In this document: piece after piece, positions 53,169 through 64,000 of the stretch
Layout of the letters: the number at the start of each line of letters is the position of its first letter
Numbering within the stretch: position 1 is the first letter of the stretch
DNA from: an uncultured Chloroflexia bacterium
GTDB lineage: Bacteria > Chloroflexota > Limnocylindria > QHBO01
Direction: 5' to 3'
Assembly: GCA_963799675.1 (NCBI GenBank)
Contig: CAWCXQ010000007.1
Location: 25,130-89,129, forward strand
Length of the DNA: 64,000 nucleotides
Translations under genes and position numbers: made by a program
The notes under the pieces: generated by a model
The model's database searches: none
Told to the model about the DNA's origin: nothing
The model's input: the letters and a program-made list of their open reading frames with translations, nothing else

Positions 53169-54796
53169 ACCAGCACCTCGATGAGCTGATCAGCGCCTCG
53201 CTCTCCGGCGACCTGAGCGATCTCGAGCAGGCTCAGCTCGACGCACACCTGCGCGACTGTCCGCAGTGCCGCGAAACGATGGCCGCCTTTGCGGACCAGC
53301 GACGCCTGGTGAGCGGGCTCCGGCACACCGCGCCCCCCGCCGACCTGGGTGCGCGCGTCCGCACCGGTCTCGAAGGCGGGTCGTTCCTGCAGCGCCCGTG
53401 GTGGCGGCGGCCGGGGGGCATCCTCACCCTGGGAGCCGGCGTGGCGACCATGGCGGCCGCCGCCGCCCTCGCCCTGGTCGTGCTCAACCTGCCGGCCCGG
53501 CCGCCGGTCGGAGCGACTGCGTCGCCAAGCCCGAGCGTCGCGGCGACTCCGAGCGGCTCCCCGTCTCCAGCAGCCACGGCCAGCCCGGCGGCAACACCCG
53601 CAGCGACGCCGACCGCGCCGGCAGCTGGGCTCGTGGGGCCAGGAGAGCTCGCCTTCCTGTCGCTGACCGGGCCGCTCGGCTCGCAGGAGCTCAGCCTCAA
53701 CCTCTACGACAAGGCGACCGCTTCGAGCAAGCCGCTGGTCAAGATGCAGACACCCGGCGGCCCGCCCATCGCCGCCAGCCTCTCGCCAACCGGAGAGTGG
53801 CTGGCCTACCAGACCCAGAAGGGCCAGAAGGGCACGAACGAGGTCTGGGCGGCGAGGCTCGCCGACGGCGAGACGCGCGACCTCGGCGAAACGAGCGCCG
53901 ACGATCCGTTCACGAAGCGCATGACGTGGAGCCTCGACGGCCGCTTCCTGGCGTACACCGGGCTCTTCGGGCCCGGCGAGCCGGCGACCCTCGACGTCGG
54001 CCTGTTCGACACGCAGTCGGGCGCGTCGCAGCAGCTCACCTTCCTGAAGGCCGCCTATGCCGCCAGCTTCGACGGTGAGCGGCTCTGGATCAGCGTGGTC
54101 GGCGACCCGCCGGTGAGCTACCTCGTGCCACTCGACGGCGACCTCAGCAATCCGGCCTCGGCCGCCATCCGCACGCTGGACGCGACCTTCCTCCCCATCC
54201 TCTCGCCGAACGGCACTCGTGCCATCTACTGGCGCGGCCGCATGACACAGCAGGGGTTCGGCTGGATCTTCTCCACCGGCGGAATGCCGTACCTCGGGAT
54301 CGGCTCGCCCGAAAACCCATTCGCGAGCGAGAAGCAGCTCTTCCCGACCCTGGTCGCGGACCAGAATGCATTCGCGTCGGCGGAGATCTCCTGGGCCGCC
54401 GACTCCGACAGGTTCGTGGTCTGGAATGCGCAGTGGACCGGCGTTGCGCAGGCCGGCCCCAGCAGTGAGCAGTTCCCGGACCCGACCTACATCTACTTCG
54501 GGCAGGCGAGCGGCAGCATGATCGACTCGCGGCCCGAGGGCGGGATCCGCCTCACCGACGGGACGCGCAGCATCGTCGACGTGGTGCTGTGGCCGAATCG
54601 CGACGACCCAACCTTGACCCCCATGGTCGCGGTGACCCTCGGCATCGGGGGCGGCGGGGAGAGCCAGGGCTCACCGGGCGAGATGGCGCACCTGGTCATC
54701 ACCGTTGCCGGACCAAGCGATGGAGGCGACCCGAATGCGACCCTCGGCGATCCGCAGGGCTGGAACGGTCCGGCCGTCCTGGGTCCGGGGAGCTAG
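53165..54796 (+). CDS. Zinc-binding anti-sigma factor with TM helix, Pro/Ala/Ser/Thr linker and extracytoplasmic TolB-like propeller
   Basis: H..L..HLRDCPQC (HxxxCxxC); hydrophobic helix; LSPTGEWLAY and WSLDGRFLAY repeats. Confidence 0.85.
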   Translation: MNQHLDELISASLSGDLSDLEQAQLDAHLRDCPQCRETMAAFADQRRLVSGLRHTAPPADLGARVRTGLEGGSFLQRPWWRRPGGILTLGAGVATMAAAAALALVVLNLPARPPVGATASPSPSVAATPSGSPSPAATASPAATPAATPTAPAAGLVGPGELAFLSLTGPLGSQELSLNLYDKATASSKPLVKMQTPGGPPIAASLSPTGEWLAYQTQKGQKGTNEVWAARLADGETRDLGETSADDPFTKRMTWSLDGRFLAYTGLFGPGEPATLDVGLFDTQSGASQQLTFLKAAYAASFDGERLWISVVGDPPVSYLVPLDGDLSNPASAAIRTLDATFLPILSPNGTRAIYWRGRMTQQGFGWIFSTGGMPYLGIGSPENPFASEKQLFPTLVADQNAFASAEISWAADSDRFVVWNAQWTGVAQAGPSSEQFPDPTYIYFGQASGSMIDSRPEGGIRLTDGTRSIVDVVLWPNRDDPTLTPMVAVTLGIGGGGESQGSPGEMAHLVITVAGPSDGGDPNATLGDPQGWNGPAVLGPGS

Positions 54797-56349
<1,553 letters not shown>

Positions 56350-56353
<4 letters not shown>

Positions 56354-57688
56354 GCGACGTTCGGGACCCTCGCCGACGCCCCCGCGAGCTTCGTCCTGCT
56401 CGGCGTGCGCACGATCGATCCCACGGCCGGCGCGGACCTCGTCCGCGACCTCGCGGTGCGCGAAGGCCGCATCGTCGAGCCGAGCGACGTCCCTGATGGA
56501 ATACGCCGCATCGAGGGCAGGGACCTCGTGGTGGCCCCGGGCTTCTGCGATCTGCACACGCACCTGCGGGAGCCCGGTGGCGAGGTGGCCGAGACTGTTG
56601 AGAGCGGAGCTCGGGCCGCCGCCCATGGGGGCTTCACGACCCTCTGCGCCATGCCGAATACGGAGCCGCCCCTCGATGAGCGGGCTCGGGTTGCCGCCGT
56701 GGCGGGGCGCTCGTCTGCGGCCCGCGTGCGCGTCGTCGCATCCGCCACCGCGGGACGCGCCGGTGAGCGGCTCACGGACTACGCAGAGCTGGCGGCGGAT
56801 GGCGTGGTGGGAGTGAGCGACGACGGGGCTGCGATCGCGGACCCAAGGCTGGCACGGAGCGCGCTCGCCTACCTCGGTGAGCTGGGCCTTCCATTGATCG
56901 AGCATGCGGAGGATCCTCGGCTCGCCGCGGGGACGCTCATGCGCGCAGGGCCAACCGCCACGCGCCTCGGCCTCGCGGGGTGGCCGCCCAGCGCCGAGCT
57001 CACGATGATCGAGCGTGATATCGCCCTGGCCGCCGAGACGGGCGGCTGGGTGCATTTCACGCATCTCTCGACCTCGAGCGGGCTCGACGCCGTGCGCCGT
57101 GCAAAGCAACGCGGCCTGCGCGTCACCTGCGACGTCACCCCGCATCACCTGGCACTGACCGATGCCTGGGTCGCCGGTCACCGCGCCTTCGCGTGGCAGG
57201 CGGAAGGAGAACCGGACTACGAGCGTGCCTACGACGGCGCCACCCGCGTCAATCCTCCACTGCCCAGCCGGGAAGACGCGCTCGCGCTGCTGGCGGGGCT
57301 GGCCGACGGCAGCATCGACGCCATCGCCACCGACCATGCCCCACATCCTCCCGAGCGCAAGCTGGTCGAGTTTTCGGAGGCGGCACCCGGCATCATCGGC
57401 CTGGAGTCGGCGCTCTCGCTCGGGCTGGCCGCGGTCGAGGCAGGCTGCCTGGAGCTCGGCAGGCTGGTCGAGGCGCTCTCGTCCGGACCCGCGGGGCTGA
57501 TCCGGGAGACGCGCGGCCTGGCCATGGGCGAGGTCGCCGACCTCGTCGTCTTCGATCCCGCCGCGCGCTGGCGGGTCGAGGCCGATGCCCTGGCCTCACG
57601 CTCCGCCAATACCCCGCTGATCGGCATGGAGCTGCCGGGCGTCGTGCGGCTGACCGTGGCGGACGGTCGAGTGACCTATGAAGCGTGA
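56350..57688 (+). CDS. pyrC: Dihydroorotase, indel near 56375
   Basis: DLHTHLREPG, MPNT, SDDG, EHAED, TPHH, NPPL, TDHAPH. Confidence 0.93.
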
Positions 57689-57748
57689 AGCGGTCCGATA
57701 TGGGACCATTCCGAGCGCCAGACCCGCCCGTTCGCCACGAGGGACCGA

Positions 57749-58081
57749 TTGTCGATCCGAACCAACGAGGAGCTCGACCCGAATGAGGGCCCAGGCTTCG
57801 GCTGCTTCGTCACCCAGGCGGTCCTCTTCGCGCTCATCCTGCTCCTCGTGCCGGTCGGCCTCTTCACATTTGGCTGGCCGGTCTGGTTCCTGGCGCTCCT
57901 CCTCTTCGTGGACATGGTCCTCCTGTTCTTCGTCAGCATGACCAGCGTCTTCCTGCTGCGCGTCTTCTTTGCCGACCGGCGGGGCGGACGGGGCCGAACC
58001 GTGGGCGCGACGCGTCCTCCCACCCGCATCATCAGCGGCGACGATGACCAGGGCGATGAGCAGCCGGAAGGGGGCGCCTGA
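57749..58081 (+). CDS. Hypothetical 2-TM membrane protein in the pyr operon
   Basis: Long hydrophobic core; stop overlaps the next start (TGATG). Confidence 0.6.
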   Translation: MSIRTNEELDPNEGPGFGCFVTQAVLFALILLLVPVGLFTFGWPVWFLALLLFVDMVLLFFVSMTSVFLLRVFFADRRGGRGRTVGATRPPTRIISGDDDQGDEQPEGGA

Positions 58082-58411
58082 TGCCGCTGATGGTGACCTT
58101 CTTCAACGTTCGAAAGGGTCGCGACGCCTTCTTCAAGCGAGGGATGCGCCACCTCTTTCCGCGGCCATGCACGGCGCTACGAGCGCGAGTACGGGATCCA
58201 TTTCGTGGGCTGGTTCAACGTGACGGAGGGCTCGGAGTGGGACAACGTCGTGATCCTCGACCTGCCCAACTACGCCGTCCTGGACCGCCTGTACGCCGAT
58301 CCCACCGCCCGCGGGCTGGGGCATCGCGTCGCGGAGTCGATCTTCGATCGCAAGCACACCATCTTCCTGCGCGAGCGCATGGGTCCGGACTTCGAGTACA
58401 AGCCCAGCTGA
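58081..58411 (+). CDS. Hypothetical protein of about 110 aa (possible dimeric alpha-beta barrel), indel near 58160
   Basis: Repaired frame ..YEREYGIHFVGWFNVTEGSEWDNVVILDLPNYAVLDRLY..; TGATG overlaps on both sides. Confidence 0.55.
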
Positions 58412-59243
58412 TGGCGTCCCCCGCCTCGTCCGCCCGTCTCACCGCGCTCCGGGAGCTCGCGGCAGACGCCGAGCTCGAACGACGGGACTTCCTGTACGAG
58501 GCGACCGAGCAGCTGCGTCGCTTCTTCGACGCGAATCGAGAGCGGCTGCGCGAGATCGGTCCCATCAAGCTCGCCGATGACGACCAGGACTACCTCGTCT
58601 ATCACCCCGTCGACGAGACGTGGACCACGCGCCTGACCTACCAGGATCCCGCCGACAGCGCGTGGTATGACGAGGAGCAGACGGTCGACTCGTTCAACGA
58701 GATCGCCGAGCTCTACAACCCGGCGGACATCTTCGCCTGGCTTCGTGGAGGCAGCCCGCAACCCGGTCGACCATCTCCTCGAGGCCGATAAGCTCGCGGC
58801 GGAGGAGCAGGTCCCGGACGAGGCCGGCGACGACTGGCAGGCCGAGCTGCCGCACTCACCAGCAGGAGACGCTCGCCGCGCAGCGCCTCTGGCAGCTGGC
58901 CGACGCGTTCCGTGGCCAGATCAGCGCGCAGCAGAAGCAGGTGCTGTGGGAGTTCGCGGCAGAGGCCGAGGAGGTGCTGCACCGGACAGGCGACCTGCCA
59001 CTGCTCGAGGAGCCGGACGATCTCCTCGTCCTTCGCGCCGACGGCCGCTTCGAGACCGGCCTCGACCTGACCGAGCTGACGGAGGCCGCGCGCCTCGAGC
59101 TCGAGCCGCATCGGGCCGGCCTGTCGGTCTGCGATGCGCGGACGATCGCCGAGTACTACGACCCGTCGGACGTGCTGCAGTGGGTGACCGACGCACTGAC
59201 CGAGCGCTATCCCGCGGTCGACTTCACCGCCGTCTACGAATAG
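58411..59243 (+). CDS. Acidic hypothetical protein with an internal two-domain duplication, indels near 58740 and 58860
   Basis: EIAELYNPADIFAWL vs TIAEYYDPSDVLQWV; IGPIKLADDDQDYLVY vs TGDLPLLEEPDDLLVL. Confidence 0.62.
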
Positions 59244-59247
59244 GCCG

Positions 59248-59826
59248 ATGCAGACCGCCGCCCGCATCGAGGAGATCTTCGAGCAGGCAGGTGCGCTGCG
59301 GGACGGCCACTTTCTGCTGAAGAGCGGGCGGCACTCCGGGCGCTACCTCGAGAAGTTCGCCGTGCTGCAGCACCCGAGCCTGGCGGTCGAGATCTGCAGG
59401 CGATTCGCGGCAGGCCCTGGCGCCCTTCTCCCCGACCGTCGTGGTCGGCCCGACCACGGGCGGCGTGCTGCTCGCCTTCGAGACGGCACGCCAGCTCGGG
59501 CGGCGGCGTGCGCGGCATCTTCGCGGAGCCGGTCGAGGGCGGCCGCCTCCTGCGCCGCGGCTGGAAGCTGTCGGCCGCCGATCGCGTGGTGCTGGTGGAC
59601 GACATCCTGACCACCGGCGCCTCGCTGCTGGAGACCGCCGACGCGGTCCGTGGGGCGGGCGCTCGAGCCGCTCGCCGCGAGCGTGATCGTCGACCGCTCG
59701 ACGGCGCCGATCGAGGCCGCCTTTCCGATCATCTCCCTCGGGACGATCGAGATCCCCACCTGGCCCGCAGCCGACTGCCCGCTGTGTGCCACCGGCGCGG
59801 CGATCACGAGGCCCGGAAGCAGCTAG
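59248..59826 (+). CDS. pyrE: Orotate phosphoribosyltransferase, indels
   Basis: GHFLLKSGRHS, VGPTTGG, LVDDILTTGAS, CPLC. Confidence 0.9.
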
Positions 59827-60714
59827 TCCTCCAGCCCGGGCCGGCGCCGATCCCCTCGCCGGGTCGGACGCGCCGCTGCTCCACGGGGACGGGCTCTTCC
59901 CAGGTGATCTCGGAGATGCGCGCCGGGGGGTATGCGCCGTCCGGCGGGACGATCCCCTCCTCGGCCTCGAGCGGAATGCCGATCGGCGCCACGAAGTAGC
60001 GACCGGCCAGGCGGCGCGCCTCTCGGTCGAGCGCGAAGCCGGCCTTCGCGCGGTGGAAGCTGACCGTCAGGTCGGCCTCGACCACGGGATCAGAGCGCGA
60101 GCCGTTTGTCATGTCGATCCGCGTCGGGCGTGTCGACCGCCAGCACGCTGCAGGCCCGGCCGGCCGCGAGCGCATGGGTTCGAATCGCGTTCAGCAGGTC
60201 GACCGCGGTGGAGATCGGCTCGCGCAGCGGGCCGCTGGCACCGCTTCCCAGCAAGGCGTCGACCAGCAGGGTCGCCGGGGAGAGGCGTGGCCGGAGCACC
60301 AGCAGCATGTCGGGAGTGGGCGCGACGAAGAGCTCGACGCGAGCCGCCGGCGGCCATCGCCTGGAGAACCGTCCAGTTGTGCGCGGCGGCCGGGCCGCTG
60401 ATCGGGCCCGCATCGCCCACCAGGACGGCCAGCACGCGAGCTCCCGTGGCGGCCAGGCGGCGAGCGACGACGAGGCCGTCGCCGCCGTTGTTGCCCGGGC
60501 CGCAGAGGACCACGGTCAGCGGCGCCTCGTCGGTCGGCGCGGCGAGCCGGGCCAGCTCGACCTGTGCGACCTCGGCAACCGCGGTCCCGGCGCTCTCCAT
60601 GAGCGCGTCTGCGGTGACCCCCAGCCGCTGCGCCGCCTGATCGATCTCGGCCATCTCGGCCGCGCCAATGAGGACCGGCCGGGCCCGTGCCGGCCGGTCG
60701 GCCGCATCGGTCAA
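59804..60714 (-). CDS. nnrE: NAD(P)H-hydrate epimerase (stand-alone YjeF-N), indels
   Basis: LMESAG, CGPGNNGGDG, VDALLGSG, AVDTP, TVSFHRAK, APIGIP. Confidence 0.85.
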
Positions 60715-61181
60715 AGCGTCTTCAGGTACTCGGCGATCGTGTTGATCTCGGCCGGGCTGAGCTGACCGCCGAAGACCGGCATCGCCTTGCGGTCGATGCT
60801 CTTCACGGCCGGGTCGGTCCCGGCGATCCAGAGCTGGATCCAGTCGTCCGGGTGGTCGGTGCCGAGCTTCCCGAGGTCCGGGGTCACCGGGCCCTTGGCG
60901 ACCCCATGCAGGTCCGGACCGATGCCGCCGCTGAAATCCTGGCCGTGGCACGCCTGGCAGTTAGCCTTCTTGATGATGGCCAGCGCGGCCCCGGCGTCGA
61001 CCGCCGCGGAAGCACCCGGGCTGCCAGAGCCGCTGGGTGCAGGTCCGGCCAGCGCGGGATTCTCGCCCGACAGGTTCGAGGCGAGATAGAACCCCCCGAC
61101 GAAGAGCACGAAGACGGTCAGGACGGCCGCCCACGCGGGGACGCGGCCGGATCGGGCCTCGATCGGCGTGTGGATGGTCAC
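60711..61181 (-). CDS. Membrane-anchored monoheme cytochrome c
   Basis: N-terminal TM helix, CQACHG, GGIGPDL, distal Met in KAMPVF. Confidence 0.9.
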   Translation of the reverse strand: MTIHTPIEARSGRVPAWAAVLTVFVLFVGGFYLASNLSGENPALAGPAPSGSGSPGASAAVDAGAALAIIKKANCQACHGQDFSGGIGPDLHGVAKGPVTPDLGKLGTDHPDDWIQLWIAGTDPAVKSIDRKAMPVFGGQLSPAEINTIAEYLKTL

Positions 61182-62654
61182 GCTTCGGTGGCCGCCGGCA
61201 GGATCGGCTGCGCCTGCGGTACCGCGTAGCTGGCGGGGCGTGCGCTGGTGTACATCAGGAACATGCTCCCCAGCAGCGCAAGGCCGGCGACCGCCCAGAG
61301 ACCGAGACCGCCGGCGGCGGCCATGCGAAACGGCAGCAGGGTGGCGTCGATCTGGTCAGCGGGAGCCGATTGGGTGAAGAGGGAGCCCTGGGCCAGGCCT
61401 CGCGCCCATCAGTGCCAGCCCGGCGATCGCCGCTCCGGCGAAGGCGGTCCACAGCTCCGCGGCGCTCAAGAGGCCACCACCCCACTCTCGCCGTAGCAGG
61501 CGCGGCAGCGCGTACTCGGCAAAGCTGAGCATCGCGAGCGAGTAGGCACCGAGCGCCGCGTAGATGAATGCTCCGGCGATCCACTCGGTCTGGTCCACCA
61601 GGACCTGGACCGAGCGCAATGCCCCGATTCCCTGCAGCAGCGCGGTGGCCATCAGGAAGGCGAGCGAGACGATGGCAAAGGGCAGCGGCCCGGCGCTCAG
61701 GAGGAGGCCCCAGCGGCCGCGCACCGTGAGCAGCAGGTTGGCAACCACGATGAACGCCGGTGCGAGCATCAACAGGCTGGCGACCACGCCCAGGGTGGTC
61801 ACCAGGTACGGGACCGAAGGGTCGACCAGCGAGGCGAGGCCAGAGGCTCCGGCAAAGAGCAGCCATGCCGCCCATCCCAGCAGCGCCAGGCCCGTGCTGT
61901 AGAGGGGGTTGTCGGTCTCGCGCGGGATGACGTAATAGAGGGTTCCGAGCGCGACGCCCAGCAGCCAATAGCCCTCGATGGCGCGCTCCAGGAAGACCGA
62001 TGCCAGCAGCTCGGTCTTCTCGGGCAGGTCCACGACGCCGAGCCCTACGTTCGCCGCCAGGACGCCGAGCAGCGCGAGCAGCGCGATCGCGAAGTACCAG
62101 CTGCTGATGTAGCGGCTTCCGCGCGTCGGATCACCCTCGGTACCGATGAAGGCTCCGGCGGCAATCAGCACCCCGAGCAACATCGCCCCGGTGACCGGCA
62201 GCGGGAAGACCGAGAGGCCGGTAACGGCGGGAAGCTTCGCGACGTAGATCCAGGCGATCCCTCCGAGGACGGCGAGGTTCAGGAGCAGCAGCCCGAGGAT
62301 GGCCATCCGCTCCATGAACAGCCTCCTCCCCGTCAGGCGCGCGGTGACGAAGAAGATGGCGCCAATCCCTGCGTTCGTCAGCCAGCCGTAGACGACCGCG
62401 TTCAGGAACGCGAGCTGCGCCCGCTCTGCGTCGACCTGGACCTTCGCGTCGCCGATCAGCGGCAGGCTGAAGGAGACGTTGGGGAAGATCCGAAGCCCGA
62501 CCGCCAGCAGGCCGATTCCGCCGGCCAGCGCGAACCAGAGCGCCGCAAAGACCAGGAATCCGATGGCGGCGCTTCCCGGCGAGCCGGGGACGAGGCCACG
62601 TCGGCGTCTGGGCGGTTCGTCGTACGGCCGCAGCTTCTTGGGGTTGGCGATCAT
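61178..62654 (-). CDS. cbb3-type oxidase subunit I (CcoN)-like membrane protein lacking all His ligands, indel near 61400
   Basis: YISSWYF, GTLYYVIPRETDNPLYS, LLLAP-like, VSLAF and TEWIAG match the CcoN scaffold; no His residue in the reconstructed protein; GTGA overlap with the cytochrome c gene. Confidence 0.75.
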
Positions 62655-62783
62655 GGTCGCGCGCAGACCCTCGCGAGATACGGAAGGGGAGCCGGCCGAA
62701 TTGTACCGAACGGATTCGAAGATGACGCCGCACTTGTGCGACCTTCTTGACGAGCGCATCCCGGGCGACACATAGTTAATGCA

Positions 62784-63281
62784 GTGTTGAATATCAATGC
62801 GTCGTTAACCGATGCGACCGAGACGGACGCGCTGGTCCGCGAGATCGTCGAGGGCATGGCATCGGCGCGCTCAGCACCCGGGCGCCAGGAGTTCCGCCGC
62901 CTGATCACCCAGTCGGTCAGCATGTCCCACATGCACGTCCTCGCCACGCTGCGCGAGGGGGGTCCCCTGCCGGTCAGCCGGCTGGCCAATGCGCTCGACG
63001 TCTCGGTCGCGAGCGCCACCGGCATCGTCAACCGGATGGAGGACCGCGGGCTCGTCGAGCGGTCACGCGACGAAGCGGATCGGCGAATCGTGACCGTGAG
63101 CCTGAGCGAAGACGGTCGGCGCGTGATGGATGAGATCGACGCGCGCGCGCAGGGCTTCTTCGCCCGGGTCCTGCGAGAGCTGACGGCCGACGAGCTGCTG
63201 CAGCTGCGGAACGGCATGCGGGCGCTGCATCGGGCCGGCGAGAGGCTGGCCGGGGAGATTCACGAAGGAAACGGGGCATGA
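62784..63281 (+). CDS. MarR family transcriptional regulator
   Basis: ATGIVNRMEDRGLVERSRDEADRR; TTGACG-N18-CATAGT promoter and TTGA-ATA-TCAA dyad (62787-97). Confidence 0.9.
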   Translation: MLNINASLTDATETDALVREIVEGMASARSAPGRQEFRRLITQSVSMSHMHVLATLREGGPLPVSRLANALDVSVASATGIVNRMEDRGLVERSRDEADRRIVTVSLSEDGRRVMDEIDARAQGFFARVLRELTADELLQLRNGMRALHRAGERLAGEIHEGNGA

Positions 63282-64000
63282 ACGAACAAGCGGTCATCTC
63301 GGTGCACGGCCTGCGGAAGACCTTCGGCAAGATCGAAGCGGTCCGCGGCATCGACCTCGAGGTCCGCCCCGGCGAGATCTTCGGCTTCCTGGGACCAAAT
63401 GGCGCGGGCAAGACGACGACCATCAGCATCCTGTGCACGCTGCTGAAAGCCACCTCCGGCAGCGCCAGCGTGGCGGGCCTCGACGTCGGATGCCGACCCG
63501 GCCGCCGTGCGGGCGCGGATCGGCCTCGTCTTCCAGGACCCCTCGCTCGACCAGCAGCTGACGGCGCGCGAGAACCTCGAGTTCCACGCCTTCATCTATG
63601 ACGTCCCCGCCGGCTTGCGCAAGGCCCGGATCGACGAGGTGCTCGAGATGGTCGAGCTCGCGGATCGCGCCGACGCGCCGGTGCAGACCTTCTCGGGTGG
63701 GATGCGGCGGCGCCTCGAGATCGCCCGCGGGATCCTGCACACCCCCGACGTGCTGTTCCTCGACGAGCCGACGATCGGGCTCGACCCGCAGACCCGGCGC
63801 CATATCTGGGCCTACCTGAGCGATCTGCCCAAGCGAGCGGGAGTCACGATCTTCATGACGACTCACTACATGGACGAGGCGGAGTACTGCGACCGGATCG
63901 CGATCATCGATCACGGCGAGATCCAGGCGATCGGGACGCCCGATGAGCTGAAGTCGATGGTGGGCGGTGACGTGGTGACCATCACCACCGGCCGACAACG
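63278..64000 (+). CDS. ABC exporter ATP-binding subunit (DrrA-like), indel near 63490, runs off the window end
   Basis: GPNGAGKTT, FSGGMRRRLEI, LFLDEPTIGLD, TTHYMDEAE. Confidence 0.9.

Noticed and set aside
62740-62800. FNR/CRP box for the CcoN-like gene
   Set aside because: The TTGA-N3-TCAA spacing does not fit TTGAT-N4-ATCAA, and it overlaps the marR start, so a MarR operator is more likely.

Overview
High-GC (about 70% by eye) bacterial chromosomal segment of mostly housekeeping and metabolic genes. Gene content and a sortase-type sorting signal suggest a monoderm such as Chloroflexota; this is inference, and no marker-gene search was run. Many genes, including essential ones (gltA, sufB/D/S/C, pyrB/E, pckA), are split by 1-2 nt indels, which most likely reflects unpolished long-read errors, so split genes are reported as single reconstructed CDS with approximate ends. 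Main blocks: (1) alpha-hydroxy-acid oxidase, upp, candidate 6S RNA, arsC, an unannotated 19-aa Cys-rich peptide, arsR, nudix, mdh, gltA; (2) transsulfuration genes, lgt, MFS transporters, acyltransferase, peptidases; (3) a roughly 10-kb minus-strand sulfur operon, sufB-sufD-Rieske-IscR-like-sufC-sufS-sufU-moeZ-cysO-cysM-mec-pepP; (4) a lipid-modification-like operon of an acyl-CoA ligase/ACP/acyltransferase fusion, an Lgt paralog, a small Cys-bearing membrane protein, a tetraether-synthase (Tes/GDGT-MAS)-like radical SAM enzyme and a small membrane protein; (5) a repetitive surface protein of about 1,900 aa with an LPNTA sorting signal beside tRNA-Gly(CCC); (6) ABC exporter, pckA, GAF-cyclase, osmC, degenerate GalT, ECF sigma/anti-sigma; (7) a pyr operon with a PyrR leader and three unknown genes; (8) nnrE, cytochrome c, a histidine-free CcoN-like protein, MarR and an ABC ATPase. 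No CRISPR array, transposase, integrase or rRNA was recognised. Best novelty candidates: the ArsR-linked mini-metallothionein-like peptide, the Tes-like/Lgt-like operon, and the ligand-less heme-copper oxidase homolog paired with cytochrome c.
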